Positions 39,767-49,526 of a stretch of 64,000 nt of DNA are shown here, one piece after another (position 1 is the stretch's first letter; each line of letters begins with the position of its first letter). A program made the position numbers and the translations under genes. The stretch comes from an uncultured Pelagibacteraceae bacterium (lineage in GTDB: Bacteria; Pseudomonadota; Alphaproteobacteria; Pelagibacterales; Pelagibacteraceae). A model generated the notes under the pieces. It was not told the origin of the DNA. It worked only from the letters and a program-made list of their open reading frames with translations, and ran no database searches. The stretch spans positions 281-64,280 of the forward strand of contig CABYKS010000001.1 in the NCBI GenBank assembly GCA_902519625.1, read 5' to 3'.

Positions 39767-40984
39767 TTATACTACAGTAATATTAACGCTATGATCTTTC
39801 CAACCATTGTGAGCATAACCTCTTCTATTTTCCATTCTTAACTCTGGTTGTTTATCTGGGCCGTTAGATGCTAAGCTAGCAATATTATATGTACCTGAAG
39901 CTAAAGTTGTTTCTAACACAAACTGTCTCCAAGCATACTTTCCAAGATCAGGACCAACGAATTTTGCTCTCTTCCAACTTTTTCCACCGTCTACTGAGAC
40001 TTTAACACTTCTTACTTTTCTTGTACCGCCCATTGCTACTCCAACTATCTGAACTTTTCCAGCTTTGACCGTTCCTGTTTCATCTGTGGGTCTTGTTATC
40101 CATGATTTTACAGGCATCTCCCAACAAGAAGGATACTGAGGTCCTTTTTTCCCTATTGGCGAAATCCTATAACTAGTTTTCATATATTTTACAGATGACT
40201 CTTCTGTAGTAAAAGCGACTTTTCCAAGATGTTTAACATTATTAATTCCAAAATATCCTGGAGTAACCATTCTTAAAGGTCCACCATGAGCATTAGGTAG
40301 TGGAACTCCGTTCATTTCCCACGCTAACATTGCATCTTGGTAAACTTTCTTCGGAACTGATCTTTCAACCATTGCTTTTTTTGGATCTAAACCAGTAGGT
40401 TCATGATCGACTCCTGCTGATGTCATAAATACTGCATCACCATTTATTCCACCACACGCCTCAACTACTTTCATTAGCGGCACGCCAGTCCAAAGAACAC
40501 AGGCTGCTGCTCCCGTTTTCCATTGAGATCCTCGTACCTTGTGTTCAAAAAAACCTCTTCCATTTCCTGAGCACTGCAAAATTGTAGCCATTGTAGTGTG
40601 TCCTAATTTTTTTAATTGCCCTAATGTAAAAGTTTTTGGATTCTTTACTCCTTGGATAGAAACTTTCCAATTATTTTTATTGCCAATTTGATAATCCGTC
40701 ATTGTCGGCATATTATTTCTTATGTATACATTTCTATTTGGGGTTATAAGACTTTCACCTATAGCGCTCCTATGAGTTTCAATTCCTTTGTCAGAATGAA
40801 CTATTAGAGCATCTCTATCTTTCCAGCTTATAAATTCTGGTAAACCTTTTGATCCTTCGGTATGATTTGCATTTACTATACTTATAGGAACAACTGATGC
40901 TGTAGCTGCTATACCAGCTAATGACGCTGTTCCTGTTAAAAAATTCCTTCTATTTAAATTTAATTTTTGTTTTTTTTTGTTCAT
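39767..40984 (-). CDS. sorT: Periplasmic sulfite oxidase-family molybdoenzyme, SorT-like sulfite dehydrogenase
   Basis: Tat signal RRNFL, Mo-ligand LQCSGNGR, HGGPLR, PGYFG.NNVK, and a C-terminal dimerisation domain with GY..NGW. Confidence 0.8.
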   Translation of the reverse strand: MNKKKQKLNLNRRNFLTGTASLAGIAATASVVPISIVNANHTEGSKGLPEFISWKDRDALIVHSDKGIETHRSAIGESLITPNRNVYIRNNMPTMTDYQIGNKNNWKVSIQGVKNPKTFTLGQLKKLGHTTMATILQCSGNGRGFFEHKVRGSQWKTGAAACVLWTGVPLMKVVEACGGINGDAVFMTSAGVDHEPTGLDPKKAMVERSVPKKVYQDAMLAWEMNGVPLPNAHGGPLRMVTPGYFGINNVKHLGKVAFTTEESSVKYMKTSYRISPIGKKGPQYPSCWEMPVKSWITRPTDETGTVKAGKVQIVGVAMGGTRKVRSVKVSVDGGKSWKRAKFVGPDLGKYAWRQFVLETTLASGTYNIASLASNGPDKQPELRMENRRGYAHNGWKDHSVNITVV

Positions 40985-41180
40985 ATAATCCCTCCAAGGC
41001 TAATTAGTATCGTTCTAATGTAATGATACGTTACCAAAAAAAGTAAAGTTGAAAAATAAAAAAAAAATATATTTTCAATCCTCAGTTTTACAATTTTAAG
41101 TTGTATAAAAAAACAATTATGTTTGTTTTGCTATTAATTTTTAAATTTAATAATTAATTTTTCTAGTATAGATTTATTTA

Positions 41181-42176
41181 ATGCAGCATCATCTTCAAGA
41201 TAACTTTGGGAGAACATTTCCTTACATAAGAATGTCAATTACTGACGTTTGTAATTTTAAATGTGGTTATTGTTTACCGAATGGCTATCAAGTTGACAAA
41301 AGTGATAATAGAAAATTCCTTCATCTGGACGAAATTAAACGTCTTGCCAAATGCTTTTCTGAATTGGGAGTTAGTAAAATTAGAATTACTGGTGGTGAAC
41401 CAACTGTAAGAAAAGATTTTTTTGAAATTATTAAAGTTTTAAAATTTGATGCTGGAATAAAAAAAGTTGTAATAACCACAAATGGTTATCATCTTGATAA
41501 AAAAGCAAAGTTATTAGTAGATAGTGGCTTAAGTGGAATAAATATAAGTATAGATAGTCTTGACCGTGAAACTTTTAAAAATGTTACTGGTCACGATAGA
41601 TTGCCGGAAATTTTACAAGGAATAAAGAATTTACATGAGTTAGGTTTTGAAAATATCAAAATTAATGCCGTTTTGTTAAATGGAATTAACGCTTCAGAAA
41701 AAGATTTTGATGTATGGTCAAAATTTATTCAAAAAAATAAGGTTAATTTTAGATATATAGAACTGATGCAAACTGGGGATAATTTAGAATATTTTAATAA
41801 GTACCATGTACCATCAAAAATATTTAAAAACTATCTAGATAAAAATAAATGGATTTACCAAACTTTAGGAAAAGATTCCGGCCCAGCACTAAATTACATA
41901 AACCCTGAATACAAAGGTAAATTTGGAATAATTGCTCCTTATTCAAAAGATTTTTGTAAAACTTGTAATCGTTTAAGGATTACTTCTAGAGGAGATTTGA
42001 GGCTTTGTTTATTTGGAAATACTGGAATAAGTGTAAGACATTTGTTGCAAAAAGACGATCAACTTAACGAATTAAAAGATCTTATATTGAAACAAATGCA
42101 GTTTAAAAAAGAGTCTCATTATTTAGAACTTGGAGATACAGGTTCAACTAAAAATTTATCTAAAACAGGAGGATAA
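41181..42176 (+). CDS. moaA: GTP 3',8-cyclase MoaA
   Basis: [22 protein letters not shown]..LCLF and C-terminal GG. Confidence 0.95.
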   Translation: [331 protein letters not shown]

Positions 42177-42722
42177 TTGACTAAATTAAAAATAGTAAAT
42201 CAAGATGAATTAAAAGATTGGGCAAAAGAAATTTTTAAAAAAAATTCATTTAATATGGTTGATGTTTCTTCAAAAAAAGAAACATTTAGAAGAGCTCTTG
42301 CATCAGGGAAAATTTTTGTTGGGAAAGAAGTTTTTAATATGATTAAAAATAAAGAAATGCCCAAGGGGGATCCTATAACACTAGCAGAAGTTTCGGCTGT
42401 GTTAGGTGTTAAAAAAACAAGTGAATTAATTCCCTTATGTCATCCTCTTCCAATAGATCACACTGCAACTAAAATTATTATGCACAAAGAAGATTCTTCT
42501 TTAGAAGTATTTTGTGTTGTTTCGGCGGTTGCAAAAACAGGTGTAGAGATGGAAGCAATTATGGGAGTTAATGCGGCACTGATTACAATTTACGACCTAA
42601 GTAAAATTGTAAACCCACATCTAAAAATTGATAATGTTAAATTATTAATTAAAGAAGGTGGCAAGAGTGGATTATGGACCAATCCAGATGGACTTCCTAA
42701 ATTTTTAGAAAATATTTTTTAA
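42177..42722 (+). CDS. moaC: Cyclic pyranopterin monophosphate synthase MoaC (TTG start)
   Basis: MVDVS, LIPLCHP and TGVEMEA; a GGAGGA RBS lies inside the end of moaA. Confidence 0.92.
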   Translation: MTKLKIVNQDELKDWAKEIFKKNSFNMVDVSSKKETFRRALASGKIFVGKEVFNMIKNKEMPKGDPITLAEVSAVLGVKKTSELIPLCHPLPIDHTATKIIMHKEDSSLEVFCVVSAVAKTGVEMEAIMGVNAALITIYDLSKIVNPHLKIDNVKLLIKEGGKSGLWTNPDGLPKFLENIF

Positions 42723-42724
42723 TT

Positions 42725-42994
42725 ATGAAAGTTAAACTTGAGCTTTTTGGAGCAAGTAGAGATTTAAGTGATAAAGATTTTTTAGAATTTAATATTGAAA
42801 AAAAGATTTCAATTAAAGATTTAAAGAAAAAAATTATTAATTATGTTGATGAAAAGTTTAAAGGAAATGAAAATTATAAAAAAATAATTGAAACCTCAGC
42901 TTTCTGTTCAGAAGATAATAATATTATTTCCGAAAATTATAAAATTACAAAAGATCAAAAAATTGGAATTATTCCCCCTATTGGAGGCGGTTAA
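42725..42994 (+). CDS. moaD: Molybdopterin synthase sulfur carrier
   Basis: C-terminal PPIGGG; operon context. Confidence 0.88.
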   Translation: MKVKLELFGASRDLSDKDFLEFNIEKKISIKDLKKKIINYVDEKFKGNENYKKIIETSAFCSEDNNIISENYKITKDQKIGIIPPIGGG

Positions 42995-43440
42995 TGCTTC
43001 ATGCAAAAATAATAGATCTTAAAAAAGAGAAAATAGAAGTTAATAAAGCTGAAAAATTTATATTTTCATCTAAATTTGGTGCTTCATTAATTTTTAAAGG
43101 AACTGTTAGAGAAACTAATGAAAATAAAAAAGTAACAGGAATTACTTATGATAGTCACGATTCGATGGTGATTAAAAGTTTTGAAGAAATTTACAACGAA
43201 GTTGATCAAAAATTAAAAATTAAAGACAAAGCAGTTTATATAGAACACGTAAAAGGATATTTGGGATTAGGAGAAACAAGTATTATTATTGCAGTTGCTT
43301 GTCCTCATAGAGCAGAAACTTATATTCTTTCTAGATACATAATTGAAGAAATTAAGAAAAGATCTCCAATTTGGAAAAAAGAACATTATGAAAATGAAGA
43401 AAGTGAATGGCTAAAAGGAAATCCTATACAAGCTAATTAA
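42994..43440 (+). CDS. moaE: Molybdopterin synthase catalytic subunit
   Basis: FKGTVR, HR and PIWKKE. Confidence 0.92.
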   Translation: MLHAKIIDLKKEKIEVNKAEKFIFSSKFGASLIFKGTVRETNENKKVTGITYDSHDSMVIKSFEEIYNEVDQKLKIKDKAVYIEHVKGYLGLGETSIIIAVACPHRAETYILSRYIIEEIKKRSPIWKKEHYENEESEWLKGNPIQAN

Positions 43441-44005
43441 AATCTTTTCTCAAATCTAAATCTTTAAAAACTCTTTTGCTTAAAACTTTTATAAAATTAG
43501 TATTATTTTTTAATCTTTTGACCATAAATTTAGCTCCAACATCGCCCCTCATTCTTCTAAATTTTTTTAATACTGAGATATCAAAACCTATTGGATTACC
43601 AATTTTATTTTTAAATTTTAACGCATGAACTAAATTTTTTTTTTTAATTATTGAATTGTAGATTTTATTAACATCTGTAGCTTTTATAAATGGCATATCT
43701 GATTGAACAATTATAAATCCTTTATCTTTTTTCGATATTTTTTTTAACCCAATATTAATTGATGAAGATATTCCTAATTTAAATTTTTTATTTAATACAA
43801 AAATATTCTTTTTATTACTCTTAATTGCTTTTTTTACTTCTTTATGCTGATAACCAAGAACAATGACAATTTTTTCTACTTTACTCTTAAATAATGCTTG
43901 TAGAGAATGATTAATTAAAGCTTTATTTTTAAACTTTTTAATTAATTTGTTTTCACTTTTAATCCTTTTAGATTGTCCTGCAGCTAATAAAATAGCTTTA
44001 ATCAT
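43433..44005 (-). CDS. mocA: Molybdenum cofactor cytidylyltransferase (MocA-like)
   Basis: LLAAGQSKR, DMPFI, GNP and GDVGA; adjacent to xdhC/cox. Confidence 0.75.
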   Translation of the reverse strand: MIKAILLAAGQSKRIKSENKLIKKFKNKALINHSLQALFKSKVEKIVIVLGYQHKEVKKAIKSNKKNIFVLNKKFKLGISSSINIGLKKISKKDKGFIIVQSDMPFIKATDVNKIYNSIIKKKNLVHALKFKNKIGNPIGFDISVLKKFRRMRGDVGAKFMVKRLKNNTNFIKVLSKRVFKDLDLRKDFN

Positions 44006-44682
44006 TTTTTATAAGTTTCGGAAACTAACTGGGCTATAACAGACAGTGCTATCTCTGGAGCTGATCTTCCACCTAGTTTAATACCAATTGGACCGTGTAT
44101 TGAATTAATTTGGTCGCTATTAAATCCCGCATCTTTTAATCTTTGACATCTGTTTTCATGAGTTTTCTTACTACCTAACGCACCTATATAATAAAATTTT
44201 TTATTAAGAGCGTGTTGTAATGCTGGATCATCTATTTTGGGATCGTGAGTTAATGCAATCAGTGCAGAATTTTCATTTGTTTCTATTTCTTTAAAAGCTT
44301 CATCTGGCCATTTATTGATAATTTTCATATCAGGAAATCTTTGTTCCGATGCAAAATATCCACGAGGATCTATAATAGAAATTTCAAAGTTCAAGCTTTT
44401 TGCAAAATCTACCAGATATTGAGCTATATGAACTGCTCCTACAATAATAACTTTTATAGGTCTAATATATGTTTCGATAAAAATTTCAGTATTTTCTATT
44501 ACTCCATTTTTTTTTAATTTAAAAAAATTATTAATTTGCTCTTTATGAATTTCAAATTCTTTGCTTAATGATTTTCCAGGTTCATATATTTCACTCAAAC
44601 CATTTTCAAGATTAGTTATAATTGCAAATTCTATCTTTGAAGCCTTTTTTTTGATTATTTCCTTAAGTTGAGAATGTTTCAT
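44002..44682 (-). CDS. xdhC: XdhC/CoxI maturation factor, C-terminal (Rossmann) half
   Basis: VGAVHIAQ, LTHDPKIDD, YIGALGS and PEIALS. Confidence 0.85.
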   Translation of the reverse strand: MKHSQLKEIIKKKASKIEFAIITNLENGLSEIYEPGKSLSKEFEIHKEQINNFFKLKKNGVIENTEIFIETYIRPIKVIIVGAVHIAQYLVDFAKSLNFEISIIDPRGYFASEQRFPDMKIINKWPDEAFKEIETNENSALIALTHDPKIDDPALQHALNKKFYYIGALGSKKTHENRCQRLKDAGFNSDQINSIHGPIGIKLGGRSAPEIALSVIAQLVSETYKK

Positions 44683-44817
44683 TTAAGCAATAAAAAAATG
44701 GTAGATTAAAAGTCCAATGATTAAGCCTTTAATAAACGTTATCCAAAGCACTGCATAATCTGAAAGATTAAGATTTTTTTTCCACCAGTCTATATATTTT
44801 TTATGTATCTCAATCAT
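44683..44817 (-). CDS. Unannotated 44-aa small membrane protein
   Basis: ATG at 44817 to TAA at 44683: MIEIHKKYIDWWKKNLNLSDYAVLWITFIKGLIIGLLIYHFFIA. It fills the gap between the xdhC halves almost exactly. Confidence 0.75.
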   Translation of the reverse strand: MIEIHKKYIDWWKKNLNLSDYAVLWITFIKGLIIGLLIYHFFIA

Positions 44818-44821
44818 AAAT

Positions 44822-45151
44822 TTAACTTATCTGCTCCAAATAAACTGCTATTTCGCCACCACATGCAAGCCCAACTTCCCAGGCACTTTCATTAGAAACT
44901 TTAAATTCAATTTTTTTACATGGTTTATTGTCTTTAATTAAACCAATGCATTCTCTTACTACTGCAGACTCTACGCATCCACCAGAAACAGAGCCTGAAA
45001 AATCTCCTGTTTCATTAACAATCATTCTGCTTCCGACTTTTCTGGGTGATGAACCCCAGGTTTGAATTACTGTAGCAAGAACAACTTTTTGGTTAGCATT
45101 TAACCAATCATTTGCTTCTTCTAAGATTTTTTCATCAAATGAATTTTTCAT
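44822..45151 (-). CDS. xdhC: XdhC/CoxF maturation factor, N-terminal half
   Basis: LATVIQTWGSSPR, GSVSGGCVE and GLACGG. Confidence 0.88.
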   Translation of the reverse strand: MKNSFDEKILEEANDWLNANQKVVLATVIQTWGSSPRKVGSRMIVNETGDFSGSVSGGCVESAVVRECIGLIKDNKPCKKIEFKVSNESAWEVGLACGGEIAVYLEQIS

Positions 45152-45181
45152 TAGATGTAAAGGTATTACTGAAAGAAATAT

Positions 45182-45967
45182 TTAGCAAGCATCAACAGCT
45201 TTTTTAGCAAAAGCTTTCACCATATTTGCTCTGTAATCTGAAGAAGCATGAATATCTGAGTTCATTCCTGATGAAGATATTTTAACACTATCTATGGCTG
45301 ATGAAGAAAAATTCTTAGTTAATGCCCCTGCTAAATCTTTATCATTATATACACATGACTTAGCTCCAGTTACTCCAACGTTTATTCCTGTTTTATGTTT
45401 TGCAACATAAACACCTATTATAGCATATCGCGAAGCTGGATTTGGTAATTTTTGATAACTTGATTTTTCAGGTATTGAAAATTCAATTGCCTCTATAACT
45501 TCAGTGCTCTTAAGACAAGTTTCAAACATCCCTCTAAAGAATTTTTCTGCATCAATTGAACGGTTATTTGTATGTATAGTTGCATTTAAAGCAATACATG
45601 CTGAAGGATAATCTGCAGCAGGATCATTATTTGCTATAGAACCACCAATCGTACCTCTATTTCTTACTTGTGGATCACCAATACCTTCAGCAAGGGCTGC
45701 TAATGAAGGAATTGCTTTTTTAACATCTTTTGAACTTGCTACTTCAGAATGTTTTGTTGTTGCTCCTATTGTAACTGTTTTTCCAGATACTTTAATTCCT
45801 GATAGTTTTTTTATTCTTTTAATATCAATAATATCTTTGTAAGAAGCTAAGCCTAATTTCATTGAAGGTATTGTTGTCATTCCTCCAGCTAAAAAAGCTG
45901 AATTAGATGATGCTAGCTTTGATGCTTCTTTTACATCTTTTGCAGAATGATAATTAAATGTTTTCAT
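45182..45967 (-). CDS. coxM: Molybdenum hydroxylase FAD-binding subunit (CoxM/CutM)
   Basis: AGGMT and QVRNRGTIGGSIANNDPAAD. Confidence 0.88.
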   Translation of the reverse strand: MKTFNYHSAKDVKEASKLASSNSAFLAGGMTTIPSMKLGLASYKDIIDIKRIKKLSGIKVSGKTVTIGATTKHSEVASSKDVKKAIPSLAALAEGIGDPQVRNRGTIGGSIANNDPAADYPSACIALNATIHTNNRSIDAEKFFRGMFETCLKSTEVIEAIEFSIPEKSSYQKLPNPASRYAIIGVYVAKHKTGINVGVTGAKSCVYNDKDLAGALTKNFSSSAIDSVKISSSGMNSDIHASSDYRANMVKAFAKKAVDAC

Positions 45968-45975
45968 AATTTCCC

Positions 45976-48354
45976 TTAAGCCGCCTTAGCATTAGATTTT
46001 TTCATTTCTTTACATGCTTTCCAAACTTTTTCCGCTGTTGCAGGTAAAGAAATTTCTTTTCCACCAAGTGCATTTATAACTGCGTTCATTACTGTTGGTG
46101 TTGCAGCTATAGTTCCTGCTTCTCCACATCCTTTAACTCCCAATGGATTAGTAGTAGCCTTTGTACAAGTAAATCCCAAATTAAAGTCTGGAAGATCGTC
46201 AGCTCTTGGCATTGTATAATCCATATAAGAAGCTGTAATTAATTGGCCTGAATCGTCATATTGAGCATTCTCATATAAAGCTTGCCCAATTCCTTGAGCT
46301 AGTCCGCCATGAACTTGTCCTTCAACAATTAGTGGGTTCACTATAGTTCCAAAATCATCAACCGCTGTGTATTTATCAAGTTTTACATGACCTGTTTCAG
46401 GATCTATTTCAACTTCACAAATATGAGATCCTGCTGGAAAAGAGAAATTAGCAGGATCAAAAAAAGAAGATTCTATCAATCCTGGTTCATCTCCTTCTGG
46501 CAAAGGCGATTTAACTTCGTCTCTTACTCCAGGTAGATAACTTGCAAAAGCAACTTCTCCAATTGTTTTCTTTTTATTTGATTTTGCAACAACAAATTCA
46601 CCATTTTTAAAATCAACTTCATCAGGACTTGCTTCAAGCATTTTAGCAGCAATTCTTTTTCCTTTATTAACTATTTTTTTGCAAGCATTAACTATTGCTA
46701 TTCCTCCGACAGTTAAAGATCTTGAACCATACGTTCCCATACCAAATGTACCTTTGTCAGTATCACCATGAACAACATCAACATTCTCAATTGGAACACC
46801 TAGTTCATCAGCTGCAATTTGTGCAAACGTAGTTTGGTGACTTTGTCCATGACTATGAGAACCAGTGTAAACTGTAACTTGTCCTGTTGGATTAAATCTT
46901 ACTTCGGCAGACTCCCATAAACCTACTCCACAACCTAGCATCATCACTACAGGTGATGGTGCAATACCGCATGCTTCAAAATAAGAAGTAACTCCTATTC
47001 CTCTAAGTTTGCCTTTTGATTCAGATTCTTTTTTTCTAGCAGCAAAACCATCGTAATCTGCCATTTCTTTTGCTTTGTTTAATCCAGCAACATAATCACC
47101 TGAATCTATCTGGTGAACTAATGTTTGTTTAAATGGAAATTCTGTAGGGAAGTTTTTCATTCTTATTTCAATTGGATCCATACCTAATTCCATTGCAGCT
47201 TTATCTACAATTCTTTCAATTGTGTAAGTAGCTTCTGGTCTCCCTGCTCCTCTATAAGCATCTACTGGTGCAGTATTTGTATATACTGCTTTAACATTAG
47301 AATATGCAGCAGGCATTATATAAACTCCTGTTGCACATGGTCCAAATAAATATGTTGGAGTTACAGTTCCAAATACTCTTGCATAAGCTCCAAGATTTGC
47401 AATTGTTTCATTTTTAAATCCTAAAAATTTACCATCGTTAGTAACTGCTAATTCCGCGTGAGTAATATGATCTCTTCCATGGGTATCTGTTAAAAAAGAC
47501 TCTGTTCTTTCAGCCACCCATTTAATAGGTCTTTCTATTTTTTTTGAAGCCCAGCTACAAACTATTTCTTCGTTATATAGATTAATTTTTGATCCAAATC
47601 CTCCACCTACATCTGGTGCAACAACTCTTAATTTATTTTCAGGAGCAACACCTCCAAAAGCTGACATAATCAGTCTTGATAAATGTGGATTTTGACTTGT
47701 AGTATAACAAGTTATTTCTTCAGAAGCTGTGTTATAGTCTATTACACAAGCTCTTGGCTCCATTGCATTTGGAATAAGTCTATTATTTACAATATCTAAT
47801 TTTATTATCTTATCTGCTTTATCAAATGCTTCTTTAGTTTTTTGTCTGTCACCAAGTAGCCAGTCATAACAAAGATTTTTATCTATACCATCATGTATTG
47901 CTTCGCTATTCATTGCTTCGCCTAAATTGGAAACTGCCTTTAAAACTTTATAATCAACTTTTACTAATTCAGCTGCTAATCTGGCCTCATCTAAAGTTTC
48001 AGCAAAAACTACAGCTACAGGGTCTCCAACAAAATTAACACTATCTTTTGCTAATGGTGGGTTTGCAGGACATTTCATTTCTGAACCATCTTCACTTCTA
48101 ATAGCCCAGCCAGCAATTAAACCTCCAATTTTGTCTTGCGCTATATGTTCTCCTGTTAAAATTTCTACTACTCCTGAAGATTTAAGTGCTTTAGAGGTAT
48201 CAATTTTTTTTATTTTTGCTCTTGCGTGTGGCGATCTAATAAATATGGCATATGTTTGGTTAGCAATATTAATATCAGAAGTATATCTGCCCTTACCTGT
48301 CAAAAATCTTTTGTCTTCTTTTCTTTCAACTCTCGATCCTACTAGACTTGCCAT
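45976..48354 (-). CDS. coxL: Molybdenum hydroxylase large subunit, form II CoxL-like
   Basis: VGGGFGSK, active-site AYRGAGR and KGCGE. Confidence 0.88.
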   Translation of the reverse strand: MASLVGSRVERKEDKRFLTGKGRYTSDINIANQTYAIFIRSPHARAKIKKIDTSKALKSSGVVEILTGEHIAQDKIGGLIAGWAIRSEDGSEMKCPANPPLAKDSVNFVGDPVAVVFAETLDEARLAAELVKVDYKVLKAVSNLGEAMNSEAIHDGIDKNLCYDWLLGDRQKTKEAFDKADKIIKLDIVNNRLIPNAMEPRACVIDYNTASEEITCYTTSQNPHLSRLIMSAFGGVAPENKLRVVAPDVGGGFGSKINLYNEEIVCSWASKKIERPIKWVAERTESFLTDTHGRDHITHAELAVTNDGKFLGFKNETIANLGAYARVFGTVTPTYLFGPCATGVYIMPAAYSNVKAVYTNTAPVDAYRGAGRPEATYTIERIVDKAAMELGMDPIEIRMKNFPTEFPFKQTLVHQIDSGDYVAGLNKAKEMADYDGFAARKKESESKGKLRGIGVTSYFEACGIAPSPVVMMLGCGVGLWESAEVRFNPTGQVTVYTGSHSHGQSHQTTFAQIAADELGVPIENVDVVHGDTDKGTFGMGTYGSRSLTVGGIAIVNACKKIVNKGKRIAAKMLEASPDEVDFKNGEFVVAKSNKKKTIGEVAFASYLPGVRDEVKSPLPEGDEPGLIESSFFDPANFSFPAGSHICEVEIDPETGHVKLDKYTAVDDFGTIVNPLIVEGQVHGGLAQGIGQALYENAQYDDSGQLITASYMDYTMPRADDLPDFNLGFTCTKATTNPLGVKGCGEAGTIAATPTVMNAVINALGGKEISLPATAEKVWKACKEMKKSNAKAA

Positions 48355-48362
48355 TTTAACTC

Positions 48363-48824
48363 CTACATTTTTGAAGCAGCTTCTTTAACAGCTGCAACAA
48401 TATTATGGTATCCTGTACATCTACAGATATTACCTTCCAACCAATCTCTTATTTCTTGATCGCTTGGGTTTTTTTTATTTTTTAAAAGATCAACTGCACT
48501 CATGACCATGCCAGGTGTGCAAAATCCACATTGCAATCCGTGCATTTTTTTAAATGCTTCTTGCATTGGATGTAGTTTTCCATTTGAAGCTAAACCTTCA
48601 ATTGTTGTAACTTTTGAACCATCAAGGTCTGCTGCTAATGCTGTACAGCTTTTTATTGATTTTCCATCAACATGAACAACACATGCGCCACATTGGCTTG
48701 TATCGCATCCAATGTGTGTTCCTGTTAAATTTAATATATCTCTTAATAATTCAGATAGTGTCGTATGGTCTGAAATATCTTTAGTGACTTTCTTGCCATT
48801 TACTTCTAATGCAATCTTTGTCAT
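48363..48824 (-). CDS. coxS: 2Fe-2S subunit (CoxS/CutS)
   Basis: [18 protein letters not shown] and CRCTGY. Start adjusted to MTKIAL, which has an AAGGAG RBS. Confidence 0.92.
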   Translation of the reverse strand: MTKIALEVNGKKVTKDISDHTTLSELLRDILNLTGTHIGCDTSQCGACVVHVDGKSIKSCTALAADLDGSKVTTIEGLASNGKLHPMQEAFKKMHGLQCGFCTPGMVMSAVDLLKNKKNPSDQEIRDWLEGNICRCTGYHNIVAAVKEAASKM

Positions 48825-48923
48825 AAGGTTCCGCTCCTTTTGCAAAAAAAATTAGATCGAGTTAAGCATACAATAATGTCGCACTCAACTTAAAAAAAAA
48901 TAAAGATTCTAGTATTACGCGAT

Positions 48924-49496
48924 TCAACTAATTAAATAAATCATGATAGCTGCGAATATTGCAACAGATATATAAATTAATGTTTTGTTTTGTGATTTTT
49001 TTTGACGAGGAATTTCATTTTTATCAGCATTTTCCTTTATAGTTTTTTTATCTTCTTTATCACTTGAGACTAATTCAGAAAACTTTCCAAAAAAAATATC
49101 AGCCATTTTTTTTGCAGTCATATCAATTAAACGTGAGCCAACCTGAGCAATTTTTCCTCCAACATTTGCTTCAACTGTATAAGAAAGTTTAGTGCCATTA
49201 TCTTCATCCTCTAAACTAACTGTGGCTTCTCCATTAGCAAAACCTACTGGAGAGTTTCCTGAGCCAGTAATTTTGTAACTATGGGGAGGGTTTAAATCTT
49301 TAAGCTCAATATCTCCTGTAAAACTAGCATTAAATGGACCGATTTTGTTAGTTGCCGTTGCAGTAAACTCTGTTTCGGATTTTTTTATAAATTCTTCACA
49401 GCCCGGTATTGTTTTTTGCAAAATTTCAGGATTGTTTAATGCTTCCCAAACTTTTTGTTTTTCTAAGTTTATTTGATATGATCCAGAAAGTTTCAT
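48924..49496 (-). CDS. coxG: CoxG (SRPBCC) with C-terminal membrane anchor
   Basis: VWEALN..IPGCE, GGKIAQVGSRLID and a hydrophobic tail. Confidence 0.88.
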   Translation of the reverse strand: MKLSGSYQINLEKQKVWEALNNPEILQKTIPGCEEFIKKSETEFTATATNKIGPFNASFTGDIELKDLNPPHSYKITGSGNSPVGFANGEATVSLEDEDNGTKLSYTVEANVGGKIAQVGSRLIDMTAKKMADIFFGKFSELVSSDKEDKKTIKENADKNEIPRQKKSQNKTLIYISVAIFAAIMIYLIS

Positions 49497-49526
49497 TAAT
49501 ACAATAAAACTTTAACACAAATAATT

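Noticed and set aside
40985-41180. Moco riboswitch or ModE box upstream of moaA/sorT
   Set aside because: The spacer is extremely AT-rich with only weak inverted repeats (GTATCGTT...AATGATAC at 41007-41029). I see no GNRA/multistem Moco RNA pattern or ModE consensus.
44002-45151. xdhC as a broken pseudogene
   Set aside because: Both halves are intact with their own starts, and a two-gene XdhC is common in alphaproteobacteria.
45976-48354. Bona fide form I CO dehydrogenase
   Set aside because: Has AYRGAGR rather than AYXCSFR, and S-L-M gene order.
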